Shown: one piece after another, positions 28,836 to 41,977 of the stretch
Layout of the letters: every line of letters starts with the position of its first letter
Position numbering within the stretch: position 1 is the stretch's first letter
Assembly: GCA_964016885.1 (NCBI GenBank)
Contig: OZ024749.1
Span: 51,150,001 to 51,214,000, forward strand
Direction of reading: 5' to 3'
DNA: 64,000 bases
DNA from: Eledone cirrhosa
Taxonomy: Eukaryota
Program-made: the position numbers and the translations under genes
Notes under the pieces: generated by a model
Database searches by the model: none
The model's input: the letters and a program-made list of their open reading frames with translations, nothing else
Told to the model about the DNA's origin: nothing

Positions 28836-29370
28836 CCCCCATCAACTGAGGTAGCTATCATCACAACAATGGAGGTCCAATAATAACTACACCATCAACA
28901 ACTTCATCTTTAACTAAAAAAAGTCTAAAGTCTCTCTCGAACCTAGAGGCTCATCAGGCCAGTACTTATCCTGGTTTCCATGGTGTGAAGTGACTGAAAG
29001 TTTAAGACTCTCCCCTGGATACGACTCCAGTCCATCACAAGGTTAAATCCCCAGATATTACTGGTACTCATTTTCAACTGAGAATACCAGAGTAACATAA
29101 AATGAAATGTTTTGCTCAAGAACAGCAGACACAACCCAGTCCAGGAATCGAACTGATGACATTATGATTGTAAGTCCAACACACTTACACTTGGAGCAAT
29201 GTGAAATGAAGTGTTTTCCTAAAGAACACAACCCAGAACTCAGTCCAGGAATCAATCCCATGATATTATGATCATAGGTCCAACACCCTTACCACTAGGC
29301 CACATGCCTCTACTAGTATTTATTTCTCAGCTAAACTACAGGATGGTGAAAACACCTCCTTAATACTTAC

Positions 29371-29471
29371 TTTGCTTGGAGAACTAAAGCCATACAACCA
29401 GCAGCGAGTGGGGCTGCAGCTGAGGTCCCTGTAAAATTTCTCACACAACTACCATGTAAACCTGTTGTTAC
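29371..29471 (-). CDS. Proprotein convertase exon with catalytic Ser
   Basis: VTTGLHGSCVRNFTGTSAAAPLAAGCMALVLQA(N); 101 nt; tag/gtaag boundaries. Too short for the ORF track. Confidence 0.97.
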
Positions 29472-29936
29472 CTAGAAATAAAGGTAAACAATTGTTTAAC
29501 ATTTCTTATGGATATTGAGTAGTTAAGGGAACTTTTAATATCACTTGATCATGATTTCCTTAATGTGTCTCTTGATACAGTGGTAAGAATCTCTCAAGAG
29601 AGCTAGACAGCATAGATCAGTAGTCCTACGTCAGTACTAACTTGATCTATGTAGACTCATCCAACACTTGCTTGCAAGGAAAGCAGGTGTTAAAATGACA
29701 ATGGTGATGACATGTGTCTGTGTCTATGCATATTTATAATTCTCTTTTTTTTTTATATCCCATATCTTATCAGTTGGACAAAATGAAATATTTAATATAT
29801 ATTTAAGAACAATTTCTTCTGTATTTTAACCTGATGTTAGTAAATGTGTATTCTGCTGTATTTAAATCAATATCCATAATTATCCCAGACAAAGGTATTC
29901 ACAAAAATCATTTTGATAATATTATAAACAACTTAC

Positions 29937-30176
29937 AATTTGTCTCCTTTCCTTCATTTTCCTTTTCAATGGATTAGACAGTCCCTGTCCTGTTGGTATT
30001 ACTACAAACATTGATGGACATTCTTCCATGAAATTAGGTTTTAGACCTTTGTCTGATATAGAACCTACAGCTACAGTTTCTATACTACCAACATATCCAT
30101 CTGCATTGCAGTCATCATATCTGGCACCACCATTACCTGTTGCCCATATATAGATTGCTCCGAGTCCATTACGTCC
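29937..30176 (-). CDS. Proprotein convertase exon with oxyanion-hole Asn
   Basis: GRNGLGAIYIWATGNGGARYDDCNADGY...EECPS...RRQI; 240 nt; phase 0-0. Confidence 0.97.
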
Positions 30177-30450
30177 CTGAAAATAAAATAATTATCAGCT
30201 CCAAGTCCATTACATCCATGAAAATAAAATAATTATCAACTTATATATAGATTGCTTCGAGTCCATTACGTCCCTGAAAATAAAATAATTATCAGCCCAT
30301 ATATAGATTGCTCCAAGTCCATTACATCCCTGAAAATAAAATAATTATCTAAATTATTCTTTCAGTTAAGGCAACAATATTAAGCTGAAGTCAGCATTAG
30401 CTTTACTGATGGGATTATCAGTATGTGTTATTTATATATATATATATATA

Positions 30451-30503
30451 GGGCTTCCTGATGAATTCTCCCGAATGAAACAGTTCTAGTCCTGTAGAAG
30501 CCT
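30451..30503 (+). ncRNA. Type I hammerhead ribozyme fold at the start of a ~135-bp dispersed element (30451-30585)
   Basis: ggcttc-CTGATGA-attc tccc gaat-GAAA-cag ttctagtc ctg-TA-gaagcc: all three stems pair, GUA cleavage triplet. Confidence 0.8.
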
Positions 30504-30922
30504 TTTCTATATTAAATATTTATACTCTGCTTTGTATTGAGTACCTTACTTACTGTGGTTACCCCCGATTGAACCCGGGATAAACTTGTATATATATATA
30601 TATACATATAATCGTGTAGGTGTCACGACAAAAAGTACCCAGCACTCACAGTAAATGTGGCTGGTGTTAGGAAGGGCATCCAGCCATAGAAAACCAGCCA
30701 GAAACTCTCCTATATGAGTGAGACAAAGTCACCTGACCCAACTTGCCCCTAATTGGGACAAACCCGTCTAACCCATGCTAGCATGGAAGATAGACATTAA
30801 TCGACGATGATGATGATGATGTAATATATATATTCAGTTTAAGGTAAATCAAACAAGAGTTCTTGTCTTCTGACCCTGTGATAAACTGACAAAACTCAAG
30901 AGTATTATTAATATTACCTATA

Positions 30923-31143
30923 GGGTGGTGGATTGGCAGTATCGGTAGAGGGTCAGACGCCATGCTTTGCAGCATAGAGTTACGGCCCTTTATGATCTGA
31001 GTTCAAATCCTGCCGAGATTAACTTTGCCTTTCATCCTTACAGGGTCGATAAAATAAAGTACCAGTCATGCACTGGGGTCGATTTAATTGACTTTCCCCT
31101 CCCCCAAAATTGCTGGTCTTGTGCCTATATAAGAAACCATTAT
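30923..31143 (+). mobile_element. Family A SINE next to the exon donor
   Basis: Full-length copy ending about 18 nt from the donor at 31161-31162. Confidence 0.85.
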
Positions 31144-31162
31144 TAGTGTTACCTATACCAAC

Positions 31163-31335
31163 CTGTTGAACACCTTTTTGAAGAGCCAACTTGGTGTATT
31201 TGCCAGGACCTTCCATTCTTGTCCCATCATCTACAGGACCCCAAGAGGCACTATATATATCAATATAATTTGGGTTAAATAACAATGCTTCTGCCTCGAG
31301 TAGATCTGTGATAATGCCATCAAGCATCCGAATGC
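31163..31335 (-). CDS. Proprotein convertase exon (substrate-binding region)
   Basis: (G)[14 protein letters not shown]...[21 protein letters not shown]...GVQQ; 173 nt; cag/gt boundaries. Confidence 0.97.
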
Positions 31336-33782
31336 CTGTGAAAATAAAAATAAAATAAAATCTTTAAGAATTCTTTATATTTTACTTAAGAAAATAAATT
31401 GAATTTTTGTTTTCTTTTTAAATGTTATGCAACCTATCCAACCCAAACCAACATGAAAATGGAAGAAATTCTGCCAGGATGAACTTAACTTTTCATCCTT
31501 TTGGTGTCAATAAAATAAAGTACCAGTAACACACTGGTTTGATTTAATTAACTTTACCCTCCCACCAAATTATTGGTCTTTACCTTAAGTAGAAATCAGT
31601 GGATTGCAGTATCGGTAGAGGAGTGGACACCATGCTGTCCAGCATAGAATTACGTTCCTTTACGGTCTGTGTTCAAATCTCGCCGAGGTTAACTTTGCCT
31701 TTCATCCTTACGGGGGCGATTAAATAAAGTAGCAGTAATGCACTGGGATAATTGCTGGCCGTGTGCCAAAAGTAGAAACAATTATTATAATTATTATACG
31801 AGTTCAAATCCCGCCGAGGTTAGCTTTGCCTTTCATCCTTATGGTGGATTGGCAGAACCAGTAGAGCATTGGACAACATGCTTAGCAGCATTGAATTATG
31901 GCCTTTTATGTTGGGAATTCAAGTCCCACCAAGGTTAGCTTTGCTTTTCATCCTTAAAATAAGGTACCTAAATCAGAAACCATTATTTTAGAGCGACTAT
32001 TCACAAACTGTGTGCTGCTGTGATGCACCGCAAGATGTAATTAGATGCACTGCAAAAGGCTAAGGTTAAGTTTTAAGATGTCAAAAATACATACTGAAAT
32101 CTTTATGAAAGTTAATACATAGCTGTCAAAGTGGCAAGCAAGTAAAGTTTAGTAACAAGATTTGCCAAAAAATATAGCGTAATCTGTCAACTCTGTAAAG
32201 AATTTATGGTACAAAGTACATCAGCATATCTTTACTTTTTCAAAAATGCACCGTGAGTAAAAAAAAGTTTGGAAACAAATGCTCTACAATGTAGAGCATT
32301 TGTTTCCAAATTAAATTGTTAAGATTGGCAGAGGAAATGACGAAGGAACACGACAAATGGAGAGATGCCGTGTTGAGAAGAACCTGTCCAACCCATGCAA
32401 GTATGGAAAAGTGGACGTAAAAATGATAATGATGATCATGATCACATCCTACTGTGGAAGCAGTACTTTTTATCAGAAGACAACTTCCTCAAAGCTGACC
32501 TGTGGCTAACCAGAAATAACATCAAGAGTATTACTTAATTTAAAAACATTTTATTAATTTAGTTTGAAATTCTAGAATGGGATGCTGTTCAGGACATGGG
32601 CACTACTAACAATTATTCACAATAAAACACCCCAGTTATTTCATCAATTAATCAATGAACCAATCAAGAAATCAATCAATTTAATATTTATATTTATCTG
32701 CTATCATAAAAATATATAAATCGAATCAGCTATCATTATATATCTATATACAATATTGTATGGAAAATTCTTCAAACATTTATTGAGGTCAAAATCTGTT
32801 TACGTTTATTGTAAGCTGGAAGTTATATAATAATGTTAAAGATTTATGTCAATGTTCTTGATGAGATGTTAAGTAAGCATTTCGTGCGCTAAGTTTACCT
32901 CATTAAGGATTGAATTAATATATATGTTGTCCTCATTGAATCAGCAATTTTAATGAATGGGAAATTAGTTTATTCAAGGAAATTCTATCCATTTGAACTA
33001 GATTTCCTAATATACAAGTTGTAACTAGAAAATTCTCCACCCTTCCTTGAAAGTCTTGGGAGACAAACATGAAAATAAGAAAAATAAGAAAAGTCTTTTA
33101 ACCACGTGATGGAAAGAAAGTAATTTCCTTTTTGCTTCCGTTTTTATTTGAAACGGCTGATATTTGTGAAATGGTTTGCAGCTGTGAGTGTCATCAAAAT
33201 GAAAGAAGCAGGAAAGCGAGTGAGACATGACCCTACATAAACAGTGGGAGGGTCTTAAAGTTAGAGATATCAAAACTTCCGGAAGTATCAAAAACAAGGT
33301 CAGACTACTCGTTATGAATCATTTAACAAATGGGACTCGTTAGGTTTCAAAAAGATAGAAATTTTATTAAAGTTAAGTTAGAAATGTCGGCTGAAAACTT
33401 CATAGGCTGACTGCGAAATATTGATACTAGGGCTGTGAAATCTTGCATGCATGAATTTCAACTCTTCTTATTAATAACTGCATTGTTTCTTTCTAGAAAC
33501 TATATTGAAAAATAAACCTCTTTTGGTCATTCCATGAGAGTATCTTGGTCAGACTATAAGCTATTCAGCCAATCCTCATATGTATGTATGTGACACGATA
33601 AAAAGGCTCCCAGTCCACACTATAAATATGGTTGGTGTTAGGAAGGGCATCCAGTTGTAGAAAACCTGCCAGGGACAGTTCTGTACAAGTTAGACATAGT
33701 CTCTTGACCAATCCCACCTAAAGTGGAACAAAACCGTCCAACCGATACTAGCATGGAAGATGGACGTTAAACGATGATGATG

Positions 33783-33839
<57 letters not shown>

Positions 33840-34022
33840 CGAGGGTCGGCTGGAAAGTTAATAGGCTGACTATGAAGGATTGATGCTAAAGCTATCAAAT
33901 TTTTACATACATTAATTTCAACTCTTCCAGGGACTATGATGAGGAAAAAAAAATAAACAAACTTCATTCGGTCATTCCATGAGAGTACCTTGGTCAGCCT
34001 ATCAACTTTTCAGTTGACCCTT
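33840..34022. mobile_element. Mariner-type MITE (related copies near 33385-33580 and 20450)
   Basis: TA-flanked inverted termini cgagggtcggctggaaagttaataggctgac / gtcagcctatcaacttttcagttgaccct. Confidence 0.65.
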
Positions 34023-34579
34023 ATATTCTATATTTTCTACAAATGAAGAGAAACAGATAAGCCATTTAAGGGAGAAAAGATTTCTCTGTAAAAATGGTCC
34101 ACTGCCCCCCACCCGCCCATTTTAAAAACATCTAAACAGGAAGACAGCAAAGAATGTTATATAATACGATTAATATATTTCACTGTGAATGAAATAGCTG
34201 AGGTTCCATAGTAAATAATGATAGAGGAAAGAAGTAAACCGAAAAAGGGGGAAGATAAGGGTGGAGTGGGAGGGTCGGAGGGGGGGGGGGGGGGGGGGGG
34301 GAATATGTGTGTGGGGGGGGCTAAATAAAATAAATATATTGGTGGGAAGAAGTGTACTAAAGTCCAAGTTGAGGAATGTTAGAAGTTACCGCAGAGAAGG
34401 AGGGAGGGAAGGAGGGATGGAAGGAGGGAAGGAAAGAGGGAGGGAAGAAGAGTGGGAAGGCGAGACGGAAGGAGGAAAGATAGACTTGTACAGGGAGAGG
34501 AAGAGGAAGGGAGGGTAATGGTAAGAGTATAGTATGGTGAAGAGGAGGGGGAGGAATGGTAAGAGTATAGTGAAGGGAA

Positions 34580-35905
34580 ATAGTAAGTGTACAGTGGAGG
34601 GGGTAGTAAGTGTATATTGGAGGGGGTAGTAAGTGTATATTGGATGGGGTAGTAAGTGTACATTGGAGGGGATAGTAAGTGTATAGTGGAGGGGGTAGTA
34701 AGTGTACATCGGATGGGGTAGTAAGTGTACATTGGATGGGGTAGTAAGTGTACATTGGATGGGGTAGTAAATGTATATTGGAGGGGATAGTAAGTGTATA
34801 TTGGAGGGGATAGTAAGTGTACATTGGAGGGGATAGTAAGTGTACAGTGGAGGGGTTAGTAAGTGTACATTGGAGGGGATAGTAAGTGTACAGTGGAGGG
34901 GGTAGTAAGTGTACATTGGAGGGGATAGTAAGTGTACAGTGGAGGGGATAGTAAGTGTACATTGGATGGGGTAGTAAGTGTATATTGGAGGGGGTGGTAA
35001 GTGTACATTGGAGGGGATAGTAAGTGTACAGTGGAGGGGATAGTAAGTGTACATTGGATGGGGTAGTAAGTGTACAGTGGAGGGGATAGTAAGTGTATAT
35101 TGGAGGGGGTAGTAAGTGTACATTGGAGGGGATAGTAAGTGTACAGTGGAGGGGATAGTAAGTGTACAGTGGAGGGGATAGTAAGTGTACAGTGGAGGGG
35201 ATAGTAAGTGTATATTGGAGGGGATAGTAAGTGTACATTGGATGGGGTAGTAAGTGTACATTGGAGGGGGTAGTAAGTGTATATTGGAGGGGATAGTAAG
35301 TGTACAGTGGAGGGGGTAGTAAGTGTACATTGGAGGGGATAGTAAGTGTACAGTGGAGGGGATATTAAGTGTACATTGGATGGGGTAGTAAGTGTACATT
35401 TGAGGGGGTAGTAAGTGTATATTGGCGGGGGTAGTAAGTGTACATTGGAGGGGATAGTAAGTGTACAGTGGAGGGGATAGTAAGTGTACAGTGGAGGGGG
35501 TAGTAAGTGTATATTGGAGGGGGTAGTAAGTGTATATTGGAGGGGGTAGTAAGTGTATATTGGAGGGGTAGTAAGTGTACATTTGAGGGAATAGTAAGTG
35601 TACATTGGAGGGGGTAGTAAGTGTATATTGGACGGGGTAGTAAGTGTACAGTGGATGGGGTAGTAAGTGTACATTGGAGGGGGTAGTAAGTGTATATCGG
35701 AGGGGGTAGTAAGTGTATATTGGAGGGGGTAGTAAGTGTACATTGGAGGGAATAGTAAGTGTACAGTGGAGGGGGTAGTAAGTGTATATTGGAGGGGGCA
35801 GTGAGTGTATATTGGAGGGAGTAGTACGTGTATATTGGAGGGGGTAGTAAGTGTATATTGGAGGCGATAGTAAGTGTATATTGGAGGGGGTAGTAAGTGT
35901 ATAGT
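34580..35905. repeat. 22-bp G-rich minisatellite, about 60 copies
   Basis: Unit tagtaagtgta(c/t)a(t/g)tggagggg(g/a). Confidence 0.97.
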
Positions 35906-37314
35906 GGGAAATGTCGTTACTACAGCACCACTATAACTCCAGCAGGAGTTACCGGAGTTACAGCACTATAACATACAGTAGTCTAACAACCAACAATATA
36001 ACATTTGTTAGTCTAACACTTATTAATTAACAATCTATTGATTGATTGGACTAATGACTTATAATCTAATAATTAGTACATCAATCATTAGTCAACAATC
36101 TTCAATAAAAAAATCATAGTTTGACCCTCCTGACTAAATGCTGAAAAGGGGACATGGTAACCTCCCTAGTGTTGGGTGATCTATACAATAAACTCACCCA
36201 GTACAGGCTGTAAAGTGGTTAGTGATAGGAAGGGCATCTAATGATAGAAAGCCTGCCAAACAAAGCGTTGGGAAGACCCTTCAGTCGTGTCAAAGACTTG
36301 ACAGCCTCTCTAGTGTTGGGTGACCTACATGATAAATGCACCCAGTACATGCTGTAATGTAAAGTGGTTGGTGATAGGAAGGGCATCCAGCTGTAGAAAA
36401 CTTGCCAAGCAAAGGGTTAGGGGGACCCTCAGTTGTGTCAAAAATATGACAACTTCTCCTGTTCACTCAATAAAATGTGGGACCATACATAAGCAAGATG
36501 CAGATCCCTGGCCTGTTTGGGTGATCAGTAGCCCTGTTTCAGTACTGACTTGGTCTATGTATACCCATCCAAACCTTTCTAGCAGGGAAAGCAGATGTTA
36601 AACGAAGAAGAAGAAGAAGAAGAAGAAGAAGAAGAAGAAGAAGAAGAAGAGGGTTTTATATTGTGTTGTATCCTTAAGGTGGACATATAACTTTTAAAGC
36701 ATATGTCTATTTAATGTAGGACTTCATTAACTTACTCTGTGGTGTTCAATATATATTGTCAGTAAGTGTAGTACTGTGTCCTTAACAGATATATATACCC
36801 CTTAATGTATATGTTTAATGTAGATCTTAGTTAACTTACTGTGTGGGGTTCAAATACGTGCAAGATAGCCACTGTTGAGGAAATATAAGTAAATTTTATC
36901 ATATCTTATCAATGGTTCGCTTTGGTTTCATATTAGTGTTTATATTTATCATATGTGAACGATTTATATCAGCTCTTCACCTTAGACAGTCCTAAATGGT
37001 ATTAAAATAATGAATCCATTTCACCATCATTATATTGCTAATATTAAGATTATTACAGATTTTATTTTACCTCCCTGAAAATTTTCTGTTTTACATTTAG
37101 CTAGAGAAAACAAAATTTAAAACCTTAATCTACATCCGTGCACTTTCCCCAGAGAGGCCATAATGCCACCAGAAACACTGTATGAAACTGAATATATCAT
37201 GAAGAGGTACATGAGGAATCAAGATGCCACATTGTAAAGTTCTGACTCCTACATTCTATGGTAAATTGAAGTTGGGAATAGGATTTATTAAATGAAGAAT
37301 TTAAATAGGACTTA

Positions 37315-37755
37315 TGCTAGGTAGCAGAGAAGGAGGGGAGCCAAGGATTTGAGACTGGCCAGCACTCTAATACCTGGATGTGTTCCAGGTAGTAGGGGAA
37401 GAGGGGCCCCTAGGATTTGAAACTGGTGAGCACTGTAATATATAGATATCATAGATATGTGACAGGCAGTTGGGGAAGAGGGACACCAAGGATTTGAGAC
37501 TGGCGAGAACTGTAATACCTGGATATGTGACAAGTAGCAGAGGAAGAGGGGCCCTCAGTATTTGAGACTGATAAGCACTGTAATACATGGATGTTTTCCA
37601 AGTAGCAAGGGAAGAGGACCCCAACGATTTGCAACTGGCAAGCACTAATACCTGGATGTGTGCCTGGTATCAGAGGAAGAGGGGCTCTAAGGATTTGAGT
37701 CTGGTAAGCACTGCAATACATGTATGTGTGCCGGGCAGCAGGGGAAAAGGGAAAT
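37315..37755. repeat. About 59-bp degenerate tandem repeat, about 7 copies
   Basis: ggaagagggg...aggatttgagactgg..agcactgtaatacctgga recurring. Confidence 0.8.
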
Positions 37756-37874
37756 TTGAATTCAGAATGTAAAGAGATGTAACTCTATGCTGTAAAGCAT
37801 ATTGTCTGACGCTCTACCAATTGCTGCCAATCCACTGTCCTATATAAACATACAAAAATGATAAATAAACTTAC

Positions 37875-37963
37875 CTCCTATTCTGGCGTCATAAGCTAAA
37901 CCGACGCCACAAACACCATTGTTAGCTTCTGCAGCAACTATTCCTGCACAGTGGGTGCCATGA
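37875..37963 (-). CDS. Proprotein convertase exon with catalytic His
   Basis: (S)[29 protein letters not shown](G); 89 nt; tag/gtaag; phase 2-1. Confidence 0.97.
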
Positions 37964-38636
37964 CTAAAATAATCATATAGAAATAATCTTAGTGTTATCT
38001 TCTACATGATAGCAACATAAGCAGAGACGTAGCTAATTAAAATGGTGCCTATGGTAAGCAGGGAAATCCCGTCCCTTGCTCAAATAGATAACCCCTTTCA
38101 GATAACCATAAAATCAGCTCAAAAATACCAATCACGATCGTTATCGAGCCATCATAGTGTTCTCACCCATGATAATCAAAGACAGATCATATATCTGAAA
38201 AAGTTGTTGTTGTTTTGTTTTTTTCACTCTCCTTTGATGATAGCTTATTTGACTTTAATCGAAAGAGCTCCTAGTCCAAGTGGCGCTCATAGCACGTGCC
38301 ATGTCTGCTATACCCTAAGTACACCTCTGATCATGAGAAATTCATTTTTGAACAGATATTATTTATAAAGGCAATTATTTACAAATAGATAATTTTCTAA
38401 AGGATACTGTTTAGGAACCAGTAGCTTTATAAATGTTATTATCACAGGTTTGGCAGTATCGGTAGAGAGTCGGACGCCATGCTTTCCAGCATAGTTACGT
38501 CCCTTTACAGTCTGAGTTCAAATCCCGTCGAGGTTAACTTTGCCTTTCATCCTTACGAGGTCGATAAAATAAAGTACCAGTAATGTACTGGTTAATTTCT
38601 GGCCTTGTGCCAAAAGTAGAAACAGTTATTGTGTTA

Positions 38637-38867
38637 AGAGAGTAAGATTTGCTGGCCACTGCCATCGTGCCACCTACCAGGCTGTGTCCCCATTAGTGCT
38701 TTGGAAACCACAAGCAGTCACTAATAACAGGTGTACAAGCTCTCCTACCCCGATGTCATCTCCAGAGATTCTGGTATTGAAATCCAGGACTTAGCAACGG
38801 CAATGAACGACAGACCCACGTGGAGATCAATTGTTGAGTCCATTTCGGCTGAGGCCACCGGATGATG
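38637..38867 (+). mobile_element. 5'-truncated RTE-like LINE 3' end with TSD
   Basis: RFAGHCHR...YPDVISRDSG...AMNDRPTWR; (gat)n tail; direct repeat attgtgtta at 38628-38636 and 38868-38876. Confidence 0.7.
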
Positions 38868-39321
38868 ATTGTGTTAGGTTGACTGCAAACAGCCGCCGGT
38901 TCAGAGATCAACAAAGTATTTATAAAATGGTTTGGTCACTTGATCAGAATATTAATTATCTAGCCGGCCCTGTGGATTCATAATTGATTATGATTTAGGC
39001 ACAAGGCCAACGATTTCCGGCGTGGAGAAAGTCGATTATATCGACAAACAACCTTGCCTTATTCTCAATACTGTAATAGTGTAGTAAAGAACAAGACATG
39101 GTGTCGACGTTAAAATTCAAAATGGTTTACTGCTTTTTAACTTTCATTAAGGTTAACTTTGCCTTTCATCCTTACGGGGTCGATAAAATAAAGTACCAGT
39201 AATGTACTGGTTAATTGCTGGCCTTGTGCCAATAGTAGAATCAATTATTTTTTGTTTAAATAATAAAATATATAATATCATTAATTATAATATATAATAA
39301 TAATAATATAATTTTCTATTT

Positions 39322-39534
39322 CAGAGCTCCTACAGTTTGGAAGAAAGGTTGCTTGCAAGTGTATGGTCACATGATGGTGTGCATTCTGGCAAGAGCATGG
39401 AGGATGTACGACATGGCTTCACTGCAAGATTCGGCAAACCAGCTCCTCCAAAGAGGACGATACTACGATGGAAACATAAACTGTTTCTCATTACTTTTTG
39501 GTAGGGGGTGACAAGACTTTCGGACCACCCTGTA
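39322..39534 (+). mobile_element. Tc1/mariner relic: transposase N-terminal HTH fragment joined to a TIR
   Basis: YSLEERL...FTARFGKPAPPKRTILRWKHKLF followed by ...ggaccaccctgTA. Confidence 0.55.
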
Positions 39535-40033
39535 CACTCTACCATCTTTAAAAAAGGAAAAACACAATGGAAAATGTATTCCTATATATATATATCCGGG
39601 GAGGAAAATAAAGAACAATACTTCATTTGATATATAAGAGGAATGGTGGCGAGTTCTTTTGAGCTATTTGCGTAAATTTATGGAGTTATTATCTTTCTGT
39701 AAATAGTTATGTGGGAAGGGGAAAGATGGTAGAAGTGGTGTAGGCGTAGACAGTTTTTTTTTTTAAACAACATATGTATGAGAAAATGTAGCAGATGATG
39801 TGAGATGTGGTTTAAGTTAGTTACAGTGACGTATTATTCTATAGTGTAACCTCAAAACTGGAACTAAAATTAAGTTATTGCTCAAAACAAATATATGACA
39901 GACTAAATATCCGATGCAATGACCTCTCTTTCTCTCTCTCTCTCTGTGGGAGAAAGGGAGAGAAAGGATAGAGGGAGTCAGAAAGAGAGGGTGATGTATA
40001 TATATACATATATAGAGAACGAGAGAGAAGTAG

Positions 40034-40090
<57 letters not shown>

Positions 40091-40379
40091 CTGCATGTAT
40101 GTCTGTAACTAAATAATAACTACAGCTGCAACTTCTGTTAGAAAGCTGTTCGGGAGTCGGGAGTACAGATTTAAAATGTTGACCCGAAACCTAAATAAGT
40201 ACTTGCAGTTAAGTACGCCTTCAAACTCTTACGAGACATCTTTCGTAACGAGATTAACGACAGTGAAGGGGTTTGAAGTGATGTAACATGGCTTTCCTCG
40301 CCTCTCTTTTTGCTGTCTCTTGCCCTTTACAAAAACATTCTTCTGAACAATTTCACTAGAACGTGTGCATGAACACACA

Positions 40380-40447
<68 letters not shown>

Positions 40448-40524
40448 ATGTGTGTGTGTGTGTGTGTATGTGTTATATATATATGTGTGTGTGTGTGTGT
40501 TGTATATATATATATGTATATATA

Positions 40525-40595
<71 letters not shown>

Positions 40596-40597
<2 letters not shown>

Positions 40598-40730
40598 ACG
40601 CATGGCTTAGTGGTTAGAGCATTGGGCTTGCAATCGAAAGATTGTGAGTTTAATTCTCGGACCGGGTGGTGTGTTGTTTCCTTGAGCAAGGCACTTTATT
40701 TCACGTTGCTCCAGTTTACTCAGCTGTAGC
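40596..40730 (+). mobile_element. tRNA-derived SINE, family B (CORE-like); other copies near 56735 (+), 58345-58858 (-), 62160 (-), 29060 (-)
   Basis: tggcttagtggttaga A-box, gagtttaattc B-box-like, core ccttgagcaaggcactttatttcacgttgctccagt. Confidence 0.75.
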
Positions 40731-41946
40731 CAGTGCGGTGGCGTTATCTTATGGCTAAAACAGCACTACGTGGTCAAGGTGGTCAAGGTGATATATATAT
40801 ATCATGTCCCATTCTTCAAATTCATCCAACCGAACGTAGACCACCAGCCTTCCCAAACTCGGCATACCAAACCCGACCGCCATACCAAACCGGACCGCAA
40901 CAGTCACTAAACTTTTCATTGAAACATTATCATTAAATTTCAGGAGGCAGAAATTCAAGGACTTTTGCCCTAATCACATCTGTTAGAAGGAAGCTATAAC
41001 TTCAAAAGAGTTTGACAAATAATTGTTTCTACTTTAGGCACAAGGCCAGCAATTACCTAGTGCATTACTGGTACTTTATTTTATCGACCCCGTAAGGCAA
41101 AGTCAACCTCGGACAAATAATTATTTCTACTTTAGGCACAAGGCCAGCAATTACCCAGTTCATTACTGGTCAAATAATGGTTTCTGATTTAGGCTCAAAT
41201 CCAACAAGTTTTGGGGAGGGGAAAGTTGATTAGATTCACTCCAATGCGTTACTGTCTTTTTTTTGGTGGATTGGTGGAGGGTCAGACACCATGCTTTGAC
41301 GCATAGAGTTACGGCCCTTGCTATTCTGAGTTCAAATCCCGCCGAGGTTAACTTTGCCTTTCATCCTTATTGGGTCGATAAAATAAAGTGCCAGTAATAC
41401 ACTGGGATAATTGCTGGCCTTGTTCCTAAAGTAGAAACAATTATTATTATTTTATCGACTCCCGCCGAGGTTAACTTTGCCTTTCATCCTTACGGGGTCG
41501 ATAAAATAAAGTACCAGTAATACACTGGGATAATTTCTGGCCTTGTGCCTAAAGTAGAAACAATTATTTTATCGACTCCGTCAGGGTGAAAGGCAAAGCT
41601 AACCTCGGTGGGATATGAACTCAGAACGTAAAGGGTCGCAACTCTATGCCAAGAAAGCATTTTGTCCGACGCTCTACTGATACTGCAAATCAACCGTCCT
41701 TAAGAGTTTTACAATACCATTTAATGTCAATGCGGATTTGGGGCTTGGTTGTATGTTGTGTTCTTGAGCAAAACGCTTCATTTCAGGTTGCTCTGGTATA
41801 CTCAGCTGAATATGAGTACCAGTACCAGCAATAGCTGAGAGTTCAACTCTGCGATGGACTGGTGTCTTGTCCAGGGTTGTGGGGGAGTATTTTACTCTCA
41901 TTTATTTAACACCCATGAAACCAGTATAAGCACCGGCCTGATTGAG

Positions 41947-41977
<31 letters not shown>

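Noticed and set aside
31019-31162. ORF-track extension of the convertase exon (VGIGNT...KDERQS); likewise 27397-27452
   Set aside because: Read-through beyond the splice sites into SINE sequence.
34357-35743. Pro/Tyr/Thr-rich ORFs
   Set aside because: A 22-bp unit cycling through all frames; intronic, with no usable splice context seen.
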